IMG/VR virus record: IMGVR_UViG_3300008267_000039
Span: 61 to 64,060 of that record
Strand: one strand, 5' to 3'
Source of the DNA: a virus
Taxonomy: Duplodnaviria; Caudoviricetes
DNA length: 64,000 nt
Shown: one piece after another, positions 47,718 through 57,483 of the stretch
Numbering within the stretch: position 1 is the first letter of the stretch
How the letters are laid out: every line of letters starts with the position of its first letter
Translations under genes and position numbers: made by a program
The notes under the pieces: generated by a model
Seen by the model: only the letters and a program-made list of their open reading frames with translations
What the model was told of the DNA's origin: nothing
Databases searched by the model: none

Positions 47718-49390
47718 TTCATTCCAGCGAAGTTTTGTTTTTCAGAAGAAGAAGATTTTGTACCATATATGTGATTATAATACATACCTTTTTTAAATTC
47801 ATGAATAACCATTGTTGTGAAATATTTACCTAGAAGATTCTTGTCGTGTTCATTTGACAATTGATTATCCGTTCTGTTCACATTAAAAAATGTACCGGAT
47901 TTTCTCCTTGTCAATCCTTTTACTCTAAAATATATAGCAGTGTTCTTGAACACAGATGCAATAAGAGCCTTGTTTCTTCCAGAATTTAATTTTTGAAATT
48001 GTTGACCTGTTCCTAGACCGGACTGATATACGTGTTGAACGTTTTTATTTTCTTCTCTTAATTGATTCTTTGGTAGAACATCGTACATTTGAGAGTTGGG
48101 AGAATCCGATAAATTTTTAACGTTATCTTTGAATATTGAATTTGTTGAATTTTTGAAATTATTGGATTTTATGGAACATGTAAAAAATCCACTTGGATCG
48201 TAAGAATGTACAAAATGCGTGGATATGTCTTTTTGAACAATATCAGCATCGGCTTTTAAGAACGAATAGTTTTCAATGATATTGTAATTCACGGCATTGA
48301 AAGAATTTGGAGAATTGGTTGAGCCAAAATTAATCGGACTTCCCAAACCAGATCCAGCTGTATCTTGTTTGCTTAGATAAAAATCCTCACTTAGGCTTCT
48401 ACCTCCACCCAATCCAACAAGTCCAGCCAAACCGGATGCAATTGCACCCAAGCCTCCCCCACTTCCTTTAAACATGGAATTTTGCAAATAAACTGTAATT
48501 GGAATAAATGTGTATTCTTCAGTATATCTCGTTTTTTTGAGAATGCATGGAACATAGTCATATCCCTTTTCACTGACATGATATTCTATCAAATATTGAA
48601 GATCATCAATTGCCTTATATCCAGCATTTGTATGGTATTCTAAGAGAGAACCACCCTTGTCCCATTCAGAAGATGCTTTGAATCCAGCGGTTGTTATCTT
48701 GTTCAAGCATTTATCTAAAAGAGCTTTAATAATATCTCCAGTATATCTCTGAAAACTATCTGTATTTTTTACTTTTTTTTCAGATGTTGTTTTATCTGAT
48801 AATGTCGTTGTGGCTTGCTGCTGTGATCCCGCCGCACCACCAGATGCACTATCTTTTATTGGAACATCCGAACTACTGAAGTGGGAATCGACTTCATTTA
48901 ATAATTGATAATCAACGTCCCAGAAATACAGTCTTTTATATTTCACGCCTTTGTCTTCGGTCATCTCTTCCTCGATTTTATATATGGAAAAAGTATATTT
49001 TAAACAAAATTCCTCTCTGTCTTGTTCCGATACAGAATTCACGCAAGTATCGTCTTGTTTCATTTGAGGCATGATTTCCACTTGAAGATAATCTCTACCA
49101 TCTCCACGGAAATTATAGGGCTTCACTTTGCTTGCACCATCAATTCCGTTAAAACTTTCTATGACATCTTGACTGTCATTGAAAACCAAATATCCATAAG
49201 AAAAGAAATATCTCAAATCATCCACGATTTTAAATTCTTCAATAGATGCATATGTTAATCCCATTTTGGTTTCACCATTATATAGATAAACATCGAAAAT
49301 ATAATTGTTATCTCCTATCTGAACAACATTTCCAGACGCTCCACTTTCGTCCCCCCTTGTAAAATTTGATAAAACGCTTTTAAGACTCAT
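47714..49390 (-). CDS. Baseplate hub protein (gp27-like)
   Basis: C-terminal VKGLTRRKSG...LLGKYFTTMVIHEF pattern; position. Confidence 0.6.
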   Translation of the reverse strand: MSLKSVLSNFTRGDESGASGNVVQIGDNNYIFDVYLYNGETKMGLTYASIEEFKIVDDLRYFFSYGYLVFNDSQDVIESFNGIDGASKVKPYNFRGDGRDYLQVEIMPQMKQDDTCVNSVSEQDREEFCLKYTFSIYKIEEEMTEDKGVKYKRLYFWDVDYQLLNEVDSHFSSSDVPIKDSASGGAAGSQQQATTTLSDKTTSEKKVKNTDSFQRYTGDIIKALLDKCLNKITTAGFKASSEWDKGGSLLEYHTNAGYKAIDDLQYLIEYHVSEKGYDYVPCILKKTRYTEEYTFIPITVYLQNSMFKGSGGGLGAIASGLAGLVGLGGGRSLSEDFYLSKQDTAGSGLGSPINFGSTNSPNSFNAVNYNIIENYSFLKADADIVQKDISTHFVHSYDPSGFFTCSIKSNNFKNSTNSIFKDNVKNLSDSPNSQMYDVLPKNQLREENKNVQHVYQSGLGTGQQFQKLNSGRNKALIASVFKNTAIYFRVKGLTRRKSGTFFNVNRTDNQLSNEHDKNLLGKYFTTMVIHEFKKGMYYNHIYGTKSSSSEKQNFAGMK

Positions 49391-49772
49391 TTTTCAATTT
49401 GGTTAAAACGGCTCTTACGAATTGAGGGTATAATATCTTCAATTTCGTTCCAGCCTGTGGAAATTCCATTGGATTGTTTATTTTATTTACAACCATCATA
49501 AGCCACCACAAATCCATTGTTCTATATTCATTGTAACTTATAGCAGTCCAAGGCATGGATCTGTCCATTTGTATCTCATAAAAAGAAGACGGATCTAATT
49601 CGTCCAATATGTATACGGAAAAAGAAAGCAAATTGTAAAAATATTGAGAATCTTCGGTTAAATACATTTTGAAGAAATTTTCATATTGATAATCGCTAAG
49701 TCTAGGAAGACTTAATACGTTTTTTTGGTAATCACCAATTGCTGAAATTCCATCTGTATAAGAAGTTATCAT
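49380..49772 (-). CDS. gp53: Baseplate wedge LysM-like subunit
   Basis: WTAISYNEY....LWWLMMVVNKINNP...G..LKI. Confidence 0.8.
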   Translation of the reverse strand: MITSYTDGISAIGDYQKNVLSLPRLSDYQYENFFKMYLTEDSQYFYNLLSFSVYILDELDPSSFYEIQMDRSMPWTAISYNEYRTMDLWWLMMVVNKINNPMEFPQAGTKLKILYPQFVRAVLTKLKNES

Positions 49773-51091
49773 TTTCTAACCTGTGTTGTTTTGTTTGTTT
49801 TTTGTGAAATATCGTTAAGATTATCATTGTTAAGCTCTCTTCGGAATCCGCTCAAGAAATCATCAATAATTCCAACACCAGAACTTTCTAAAACATTTAC
49901 TTTGTTTTGTTTTTCAAAAAGCATATGGTAAAGGAAATTCCTGCTTTCTGCAATAAGAGATGATAATTGTATACTAACCACATATGCGTCCGGTATAATA
50001 GTTTGTATTCTGGATGTGCCACCATTTGCACTTGGAACATTTACATAATAGCTTCTTCTGGAACCCATGAAATCCACGGAAAGAGAACTCACATATGCAT
50101 ATGGCATATATTTGACGCCCGGTATCATGACCTCGTACAGACAAGGAGGTTCTATTAAGTCCCTGCTTTTTCTGTTTGGTCTATTTTGATAAACAAGCAT
50201 GTATATCAATTGCCAATTTCTTTGAACGTCTTCAAATGTGGCCCAGCCTGTATTGATTAGCGGAAAACTAAAGGCCAATCTTTCTCCGGATGCTCCGAAT
50301 TGATAAAACTGCGGTTTCTCAATGTAAATACCCGGTTCCATGATGTTCATTGAGGTCGAAAGTCCATAAGCCAATCCTTCGGCGGTTTTTGCACCAGCCG
50401 ATGCAAGTGCTCCAAGTCCCATGGTTCCGGTTAAAACTTTATCATCGCTTCCAAATGCATTCGAAACAGCGTGTGCCGCATTGCTGAAATAAGGCATTTT
50501 ATATACAAATTTTGTATCTTCCGTGATATATAACCCTTCATATGGGGCTAGAACATCTGACGATGCGGATTCAGCCGTTAATGCTCCCAATATGCCCGAT
50601 GCACTCTTTCCTGTGATTGTTTGAAGGATACCGGAACCCATGAACCCCTTACCAAAGTTGGATGCTGCTCCTACAATTTTTTGTCCTATTCCCGTAACCG
50701 CTCTGCCAACGGTATTATTTAAAAAATTACCAAATGCACCAGACCCAGCCGATGTTGATACTAAATTCGCAAGCCGTCCCGTTGCCTCTCCTCCTTTTTC
50801 ACTGGCAATTGCACTATAATATGCCAATTGTGCAATTAATGAATTTGTCTTAAGTCTTTTTTCTTTCAGCATTACAGCAGGAATGTCTTGTCTACTGCTT
50901 AACTGCGAATTTGTCCAATAGAATCCGTTAACCACATCTATCATTCCAGCAGAATCTCCCGTTATTGAATCATTTTTAAGAAAATTCTTAGATAAAGATA
51001 ACGAAAGACCTCCTCCAGCAGGTACTAATTTTGGAGATCCAGATGGGGTGTTGCAATCGGAATTTGATTGAAATCTAAACAAATTTTTCAC
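49769..51091 (-). CDS. Baseplate/tail-tube cap-like protein (gp48-like)
   Basis: FSFPLINT...PPCLYEV..PG...IPDAY.V tube-like fold; position. Confidence 0.55.
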   Translation of the reverse strand: MKNLFRFQSNSDCNTPSGSPKLVPAGGGLSLSLSKNFLKNDSITGDSAGMIDVVNGFYWTNSQLSSRQDIPAVMLKEKRLKTNSLIAQLAYYSAIASEKGGEATGRLANLVSTSAGSGAFGNFLNNTVGRAVTGIGQKIVGAASNFGKGFMGSGILQTITGKSASGILGALTAESASSDVLAPYEGLYITEDTKFVYKMPYFSNAAHAVSNAFGSDDKVLTGTMGLGALASAGAKTAEGLAYGLSTSMNIMEPGIYIEKPQFYQFGASGERLAFSFPLINTGWATFEDVQRNWQLIYMLVYQNRPNRKSRDLIEPPCLYEVMIPGVKYMPYAYVSSLSVDFMGSRRSYYVNVPSANGGTSRIQTIIPDAYVVSIQLSSLIAESRNFLYHMLFEKQNKVNVLESSGVGIIDDFLSGFRRELNNDNLNDISQKTNKTTQVRK

Positions 51092-51100
51092 TTCAATTAT

Positions 51101-52216
51101 TTAGAGGTATGATCCGATGTTATTAGCTTTCAATTCAAGCCCTTTTATCCCAACAAAACCGTTAATTGGAGCATTTGACCTTAAGCTTTCCCTATATTCC
51201 TCTATATAATTCTTTTGCGGAGTTTTCGGTTTATCTTGAACATCGGATGCACCTTGCGGTTGAGGTTGTTTGGGAGCCTCGGAAGGTTCCTGTGGTTTTT
51301 CTTTTTGTGGTTCTGAACCGCCTTTGTTTATTCCTTGTATAGCGTTTAATACAGACTCGAAACCTTTACGCATTTCTTCGGATAAAGATGAAACATCACT
51401 TCCTGTTTCTTTTGTTTTTTCTTCCGATTTTGAAGGAACGGAGGAACTATCGACTTTTTCCATATTCGATATTGGATTTTGATTTGTATTTGAAGTTTCC
51501 TTGATTGGAACATCTGAGACCTCTTCTTTAACAACCTCTTCTTTTGGAGTGCTTAAAAACTCTTCCTCTTCCTTAACAACCTCTTCTTTTGGAGTGCTTA
51601 AAAACTCTTCCTCTTCTTTAACGGCTTCTTCTTTTGGAGTGTTTTCTTTTTCTATATCTTTTTCCTGTTCTTTTGATTCAACGACATTCGATTTTTGATC
51701 ATTCAACGCCATATTCAAAATCGTATTTTTGGTTTCGAAGTTTACATTTTTTGAATTTTCTGTTTTATTTTCGTTGAAAATATTATTGATTGTGGATTTT
51801 ATATTGTCTTCTTTTTTTTGCTTTTCAACATTAAGATCCGCTAGTTGTTTTTCAATTTGAGATATTTTCGAAGTTATAAGTTTATTAGAATCTTCCCCAA
51901 TTTTCCCTTCTTCTGTTTTATTTGAAAATTCTTTTTTAGCATCTTCTAGTTCTTTAATTGTTTGATTGTATTCTGTTACGTATTTTTTATTCTCAACAAT
52001 TTGATTGTAATAATTTTGAATATTCTCTTCATTTACGGTTATATTGTTTTTTTGAAGATGTGCTTTCAAATCATCCAAAGTCATTTCTTTGTTCTCCGGA
52101 ACAATATTTTCTTCGGATTGATTTTCTGACGATTCCATTCCAGAACCTTTATTTGCCGATGATATATTGATCTCATCCGCTATTCCGAAAACATTTTCTG
52201 GAGCATTTTTTTCCAT
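51101..52216 (-). CDS. Glu/Lys-rich coiled-coil protein with 15-aa tandem repeats
   Basis: TPKEE(A/V)VKEEEEFLS repeated nearly three times (~51520-51640). Confidence 0.65.
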   Translation of the reverse strand: MEKNAPENVFGIADEINISSANKGSGMESSENQSEENIVPENKEMTLDDLKAHLQKNNITVNEENIQNYYNQIVENKKYVTEYNQTIKELEDAKKEFSNKTEEGKIGEDSNKLITSKISQIEKQLADLNVEKQKKEDNIKSTINNIFNENKTENSKNVNFETKNTILNMALNDQKSNVVESKEQEKDIEKENTPKEEAVKEEEEFLSTPKEEVVKEEEEFLSTPKEEVVKEEVSDVPIKETSNTNQNPISNMEKVDSSSVPSKSEEKTKETGSDVSSLSEEMRKGFESVLNAIQGINKGGSEPQKEKPQEPSEAPKQPQPQGASDVQDKPKTPQKNYIEEYRESLRSNAPINGFVGIKGLELKANNIGSYL

Positions 52217-52221
52217 TTCAA

Positions 52222-52881
52222 TTATTTATTGTTAAGAAACATGTCCATTTCCTTCGGACTCATTTCATATATTTCGGAAAGAAGAAAACTATAATCCTTT
52301 TTAAGTATCTTTATTTTCTTATAAAGATTTTTAATATTTGTTGAATAAACGAGCTTTAAAAAGTGGAAAAGACTGTTATCAAAGCAATTAAAATATATTT
52401 TTGGTACATTTTTAATTATTTCTGGAACTTCAAACATAATAATTTTATTTTCTTCTATATGTTCCTTTATCTCTTCTATGTTTTTTCCAGTTTCTTTTAA
52501 TATATCATTCGCATCGGAATAATATAGATATCGTGGAATTGTGAAGTTATCAAAATTATATTTTTTAGACTCTTTAATAACATTCTTTAAAATTACCTCA
52601 TATGTTATTGGATTTAAATCTTCATCTTTCGCTGATAATTTCAATATGGGTTCAAGGTATTCACAATTCAAATGCATTAAAATTACAAACTTGTCTAAAT
52701 TTGTTAAATTCTGGCTATTTTTCAATGATTTTTGACAAATTGATTCAAATGTTTCATTTGTATTTTCAAAATCTTTATTAATAATATAAGAGTTTAATTG
52801 AAAATAATCTCCAAAGCAAAGTTTGTTTATTTTTAATTCTCTACCAATGCTCGGAATGTGGCATTTTGTGAAAAAATCCAT
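52222..52881 (-). CDS. Baseplate hub assembly-like protein (gp26/gp51-like)
   Basis: IPS...LTNLDKF N-terminus; LSEIYEMSPKE C-terminus. Confidence 0.5.
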   Translation of the reverse strand: MDFFTKCHIPSIGRELKINKLCFGDYFQLNSYIINKDFENTNETFESICQKSLKNSQNLTNLDKFVILMHLNCEYLEPILKLSAKDEDLNPITYEVILKNVIKESKKYNFDNFTIPRYLYYSDANDILKETGKNIEEIKEHIEENKIIMFEVPEIIKNVPKIYFNCFDNSLFHFLKLVYSTNIKNLYKKIKILKKDYSFLLSEIYEMSPKEMDMFLNNK

Positions 52882-52887
52882 AAAATC

Positions 52888-53829
52888 TTAGAAAAATCCT
52901 GAGATGTTTTGTGGGAAATTTCCATTGTTCTTTCCACCTTGTAATGGACTAATTCTCGAAAAATTCCCATTGAATGCACTTGAAATTTTATCTATAATAT
53001 TAGGGAGAGGTAGATAAAGAGAATTGGATAATGCATAATCAGTATATGTCCAATTTGTTGATATGGTGGGTGCTGCGTTAGGCTCGTCGTATCCAAGCGT
53101 TTTAGTTTCAACAGATGTTGGAACACAATTGAAAAAAGTCCAAACTTTTCTAGGTATCATTGAAACATTTTGAAATGTTCTCGTATATTGTAAAACATAT
53201 ACTGTGGATTTAACGTTTCTTGAGTCTCTTTTTGTTCTTGTATCGTTTTCCCTTGCAACAAAACCGAAATGCTCGGCTGCGATAACCCAAGGTCTAATTA
53301 TAAAGTCTGAGAATGAAGTGTTTGTCTCCAAGAAAGATATATTCAATGTACTAGCTGGGGTTCTACCATTGGAGAGGATGCCTGGTAAAAACCCCCTTGC
53401 ATTATCAACATTCGCAGTTGTCGTTTGCATCGTCTCACTTGGAAGTGTGACGCTTTGGGCAAATAAACAACCATTTACTTTCTGGAATCCATAAGATGTC
53501 AACAAGTTCTTGGCTTGATCAATGTTATAGTTTTTATAATCTCCGCCAGTTCTTTCCAATCCTTGAAGAATGTTGGTATTGATGCATTGTGGAAATGGTT
53601 GAATGAGTACAATCCATTGAGATTGAAGCGGTATTGCTGTTAACCAAGATTCGAGTTGAAGAAGAAAGTAATCTCTAGTGGAAATTAACGGAGCACCTTG
53701 AATATTAAACCCAAAAAGCTCTCCAATTTGAGGTTGAGTCAAAGGATTTCTTCCGGAGAATACTCCTCCGATATTATCTTTAATGCCGTTTAATGCATTA
53801 TTAAATGCATCGCTTAATCCAGATCCCAT
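52888..53829 (-). CDS. Tail tube initiator-like protein (gp54-like)
   Basis: AQSVTLPSE, ISFLET...IRPW, FFNCVP tube-fold motifs. Confidence 0.6.
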   Translation of the reverse strand: MGSGLSDAFNNALNGIKDNIGGVFSGRNPLTQPQIGELFGFNIQGAPLISTRDYFLLQLESWLTAIPLQSQWIVLIQPFPQCINTNILQGLERTGGDYKNYNIDQAKNLLTSYGFQKVNGCLFAQSVTLPSETMQTTTANVDNARGFLPGILSNGRTPASTLNISFLETNTSFSDFIIRPWVIAAEHFGFVARENDTRTKRDSRNVKSTVYVLQYTRTFQNVSMIPRKVWTFFNCVPTSVETKTLGYDEPNAAPTISTNWTYTDYALSNSLYLPLPNIIDKISSAFNGNFSRISPLQGGKNNGNFPQNISGFF

Positions 53830-53857
53830 TTGAATTATTTATGGGGGATTATGTGTT

Positions 53858-54409
53858 TTAACTACCTCTAACTTCTCTCCAATAGTGATAGGCAAGTTTA
53901 ACGTTGAAGCTCAATACTCCACCAGTTCCTTCTGACATTGTATATGCCAAAGGACCGACATCTCTGATGCTAACACCAACCAGTTGATATTGGTTGACCT
54001 TTTCAAAGTTAACATCAAGTTGAACGAGATCAATTGTTGAATTTTGGGTTGGGGTTAGATAATTCCCTGTGCTGTTGGCATCGTTGAAAGTATCATTGGT
54101 CCATTGAAGGAACTTCTTTCTGAGATCGGAGTTGGCACTGCAATAGAAAGCAATTTCATAGCCCTCGGAACCTGGATACGTTGCAAGACCGGGTATATTG
54201 AAGGTCAGCCCCATATATTTCGTTGGAACGTTTCCAATCGATCTAGCGGGAAGTGCTGCTGTTTTTGCATAAACAAGATCGTTTTCATCAAATGTTATTG
54301 ATGTTCCTTGTGGGGTGATGTTTAAGAGTCTAAATTGGACATCACGTGCGAAATCTCGCTCTGATGCTACTCTGTAGAAGTCTTGAATGGTTTGTTTTGT
54401 TGCGGCCAT
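53858..54409 (-). CDS. gp19: Tail tube protein
   Basis: KTAALP...YMG...IPG...LVQLD...Y.L.G...F.V.LAYHYW; follows the sheath gene. Confidence 0.88.
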   Translation of the reverse strand: MAATKQTIQDFYRVASERDFARDVQFRLLNITPQGTSITFDENDLVYAKTAALPARSIGNVPTKYMGLTFNIPGLATYPGSEGYEIAFYCSANSDLRKKFLQWTNDTFNDANSTGNYLTPTQNSTIDLVQLDVNFEKVNQYQLVGVSIRDVGPLAYTMSEGTGGVLSFNVKLAYHYWREVRGS

Positions 54410-54426
54410 AGTATTTTAATTATTTA

Positions 54427-56841
54427 TTATCCTCCGATTAGTTCATCGAAATTCGTTCCAGTTCTGGTTGCATAGAAGTTTACAAGGATAAACTCTGCGG
54501 TTCTTACTGGTTGAATGTAGATATCAATTTTAAGCTCGTTATTGTCGATTACATCAGGTGTATTGTTCAGTTCAGAACAAACGATTCGATAATCATAGAC
54601 ACCTTCAGTGTTCTTGGCATTTTCGAAAATAGGAGCAAGAACGTTGACAACTTGGGTTCTTGTAAAGAGAGTATTTGGCTCGAATACAAAGAACTTGGCT
54701 GTTTGTTTTGTTGCTTTTTCCAAATTAAGGAACAAGCGGCGAACGTTAATGCGATCAAAAGCTGAAGGTTTCTTCAAGAGTGTTTTTTGACCAAAGATTA
54801 CGAATCCTTCATTCGGGAAGAATGGAACTGGATTCATGGAAATCTTATAAAGTTGATCACGTTGCTTTTGTTTTGGATAGATGGCAAGATCATTGACTCC
54901 AATCAGAACGCCGCGAGTAAAACCAGCGGGTGCTGACCAAGGTTGGAAGTTTGAATCTGTGTTTGCCATTGCTGAACCAGCGAATCCTGAGAAAGGAATC
55001 CAAATTTGGCGATTGGTTTGGGGATCTAGAACTTGCGCCCATGTTGCATAAGTTGTTGCATAGGAGCAATTGGTTGTTCCAAATTGATGTCTCAAAGGCC
55101 AATAAATGTGCTGGGAGAAGTTGGTTGTAACATAACCAGCGGCGTTTGGGTCTGGATCGTTACCAGCATTTGGGGACCAGAGTTTTTTGGTATTAATGAC
55201 CTTACTATTGGCACCTTGAACAAAAATATTTCTAATAGGATCAAGTACAACCAAAAAGTCTTTTCTTACTTTTTCAGCATAGTTAATGAGGATGTTGGAA
55301 ATGGCAGTGTAGTTTCCACGGATTCTTAGACCATCATCATTTAGGTTTTCGGAATTTGTGGTATAGAATGCGGAGAGGGCATTGAGAGGAGTGCTCTCAA
55401 CATACTCACCAGCGGATAGATAGCTAGTATCATTCGTGAATCCCGATTGCTCGATTGCATTTACATAAATAGTGCCAAGTCCACCTTCCAAGGCAAGGTC
55501 GATTGGGTAAAGTTCATCACTTTCAACAAGCTCAAGAGCGCGATCCAATTTCTTTGGAAGAGCACCGATGGTTTTGTTTACTGTAACGGTATTGTTGTAA
55601 ACGCCCAGAGGGAAAATGGCATCGGCATATCCATAAACCGATGCAATTGATGTAACGGTTGCGGATGGTGCTCCAACTCTTGCGACGAAAGAGGAAAGGG
55701 TATCAACGTAACCGGGCACGGTGTACATCGTCTCCAATTGTTTTGTCAAAAATCTGACTTTTTTGATAGGAATTCCGCTGTCATCCAACCAAGTTTCGGT
55801 GAATCGGTTGCTGAGATAAGGATTAACGAGAACATTGATATTAGCAGAGTCTTCTGCAATTCTCGCAAGGTTGAATGTTCTGGCAGCACCACCATTTTGA
55901 TCTCCAACTTGTCTGTGGTAATCGAATGATCCAGTATAGTTTTCGGTCAATACATAATCGAGAGAAATGGTATCTGGAGTAAAGATGCTTTGGCGAAGCT
56001 TGAAAACCGCAAGCGATGCACTGTCTTGATATGCTGTTTCGCTGATATCAAACTTGGAAAGGTTTTCCATGACTTCGGAAATTGAATCGCCACTTCCAAA
56101 TTTGGTCGCAGAAAGGGAAAAATTGAGACGATTCTTCGGAACTGTTGTATAGGTTGAAATGGAATCCAAGGATGATTGGATACCTTGAACTCTGAGAACC
56201 GAATCAAATGGAGTTGCAGGGTTGAAGTTGCTGTTATCGGCAAAACCAACATAGTAACCTTCGAATTTGTTGTTTACAGTGGTTTGGGATTTATTAAGAA
56301 CAATAATGGCGGAATCACCAAGTGTATTATATTCAAAAGAACCAGATGCAGTTGGAGTATTTGTCCAATTGATATTTCCTTCAATGATGCTTTGATATTG
56401 TTCCGCACTGAGTTCAACGTGGGTTGGTTTACCAACGAAATAGGTTTGGGCATCCGAGAGGCTTGTAGAGGCGGTTGGAAACGATGGGCTTGCCATGTTA
56501 GCCGAGAGAGCCTTAACAGGGTAGGCAAGAGCACTATATCTCCAAGAAGCGAATCCATCGCCCTTGTCATTACCATATGGAAGGCGGGTTACCAACAAGC
56601 GGCCTGGCGAGGAATTTACAACATTCTTAACGGTGTGGTAAAAATAACGCTCCGCTGCATTTGTTGGTGATCCGTAAATTTGTTCGAATTCAGAAATGCT
56701 GGTCGGTTGAAGAACCTCATCAATTGGGCCTTGGGCTGCGAAACCTGCAATAAAAACAGAAGTTCCTTCAATTGTAACGGGTCTTAGTGTAAGGTCGATT
56801 TCTTTGATTTCGACGCCTGGTGATTGAATTGTTCTTGCCAT
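54427..56841 (-). CDS. gp18: Contractile tail sheath protein
   Basis: SPGVEIKEIDLT; PWSAPAGFTRG; FGQKTL...SAFDRINVRRL; FEPN; TATAAATA at 56848-56855. Confidence 0.96.
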   Translation of the reverse strand: MARTIQSPGVEIKEIDLTLRPVTIEGTSVFIAGFAAQGPIDEVLQPTSISEFEQIYGSPTNAAERYFYHTVKNVVNSSPGRLLVTRLPYGNDKGDGFASWRYSALAYPVKALSANMASPSFPTASTSLSDAQTYFVGKPTHVELSAEQYQSIIEGNINWTNTPTASGSFEYNTLGDSAIIVLNKSQTTVNNKFEGYYVGFADNSNFNPATPFDSVLRVQGIQSSLDSISTYTTVPKNRLNFSLSATKFGSGDSISEVMENLSKFDISETAYQDSASLAVFKLRQSIFTPDTISLDYVLTENYTGSFDYHRQVGDQNGGAARTFNLARIAEDSANINVLVNPYLSNRFTETWLDDSGIPIKKVRFLTKQLETMYTVPGYVDTLSSFVARVGAPSATVTSIASVYGYADAIFPLGVYNNTVTVNKTIGALPKKLDRALELVESDELYPIDLALEGGLGTIYVNAIEQSGFTNDTSYLSAGEYVESTPLNALSAFYTTNSENLNDDGLRIRGNYTAISNILINYAEKVRKDFLVVLDPIRNIFVQGANSKVINTKKLWSPNAGNDPDPNAAGYVTTNFSQHIYWPLRHQFGTTNCSYATTYATWAQVLDPQTNRQIWIPFSGFAGSAMANTDSNFQPWSAPAGFTRGVLIGVNDLAIYPKQKQRDQLYKISMNPVPFFPNEGFVIFGQKTLLKKPSAFDRINVRRLFLNLEKATKQTAKFFVFEPNTLFTRTQVVNVLAPIFENAKNTEGVYDYRIVCSELNNTPDVIDNNELKIDIYIQPVRTAEFILVNFYATRTGTNFDELIGG

Positions 56842-56892
56842 ATTAGTTATTTATATTTTTTCAAGAACGTTTTTTGAAAAAATGATCAAAAA

Positions 56893-57471
56893 TTATTCTT
56901 CTGGCAATAATTCCGCCTCAAATTGGTGATAGGCATACTGAAACGATGATTCCATTTCACTAGCATCTCTATCCGAATAACCTATTCCACCGAGATTTAC
57001 AGGAAAACAATGATAAAAATTAAATTTTATAACGTTTTTATTATATTCATCCCTACCATAAACTGAAATTGTAGTTTGGTAATCTGGCATTAAACCCTTA
57101 GATGGAATCGGGGTTTTATATATTCCTTTTTTTCCATCGTTGAAACAGTTTAACCATCTATATAATACCCAATAGTTGTTGAAAAGATTGTCCACCGTGA
57201 AATTCACAGTCATATTTTCAAATGCAGGACGTGCAAATGTTGTGACTTTTGGAACTTGTCCACCGTATGGAACATTTGTGGAAGGTATATTAAGTGCTGG
57301 AATTACTGTTCCATAAAGAGAATATTGAACAGTATCTGGCATTACTTTATTATTTCCTCTTTCCAGTATGGATTTTTCCGGTTTCAAAATCTTCGGAAGA
57401 TCAAAGACCATAATGAATTTGTCTTTTCTTTGCTTGTTGAATGAAGATTGGAAAATGGACAAGTTGGACAT
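56893..57471 (-). CDS. Tail tube terminator-like protein (gp3-like)
   Basis: VNFTVD...NYW.LY.W...F..CFP..LG. Confidence 0.65.
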   Translation of the reverse strand: MSNLSIFQSSFNKQRKDKFIMVFDLPKILKPEKSILERGNNKVMPDTVQYSLYGTVIPALNIPSTNVPYGGQVPKVTTFARPAFENMTVNFTVDNLFNNYWVLYRWLNCFNDGKKGIYKTPIPSKGLMPDYQTTISVYGRDEYNKNVIKFNFYHCFPVNLGGIGYSDRDASEMESSFQYAYHQFEAELLPEE

Positions 57472-57483
57472 GTTAACTATTTA

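Noticed and set aside
51101-52216. Tape measure protein
   Set aside because: Position is suggestive, but it is only 371 aa and low-complexity with no diagnostic motif; left unassigned.
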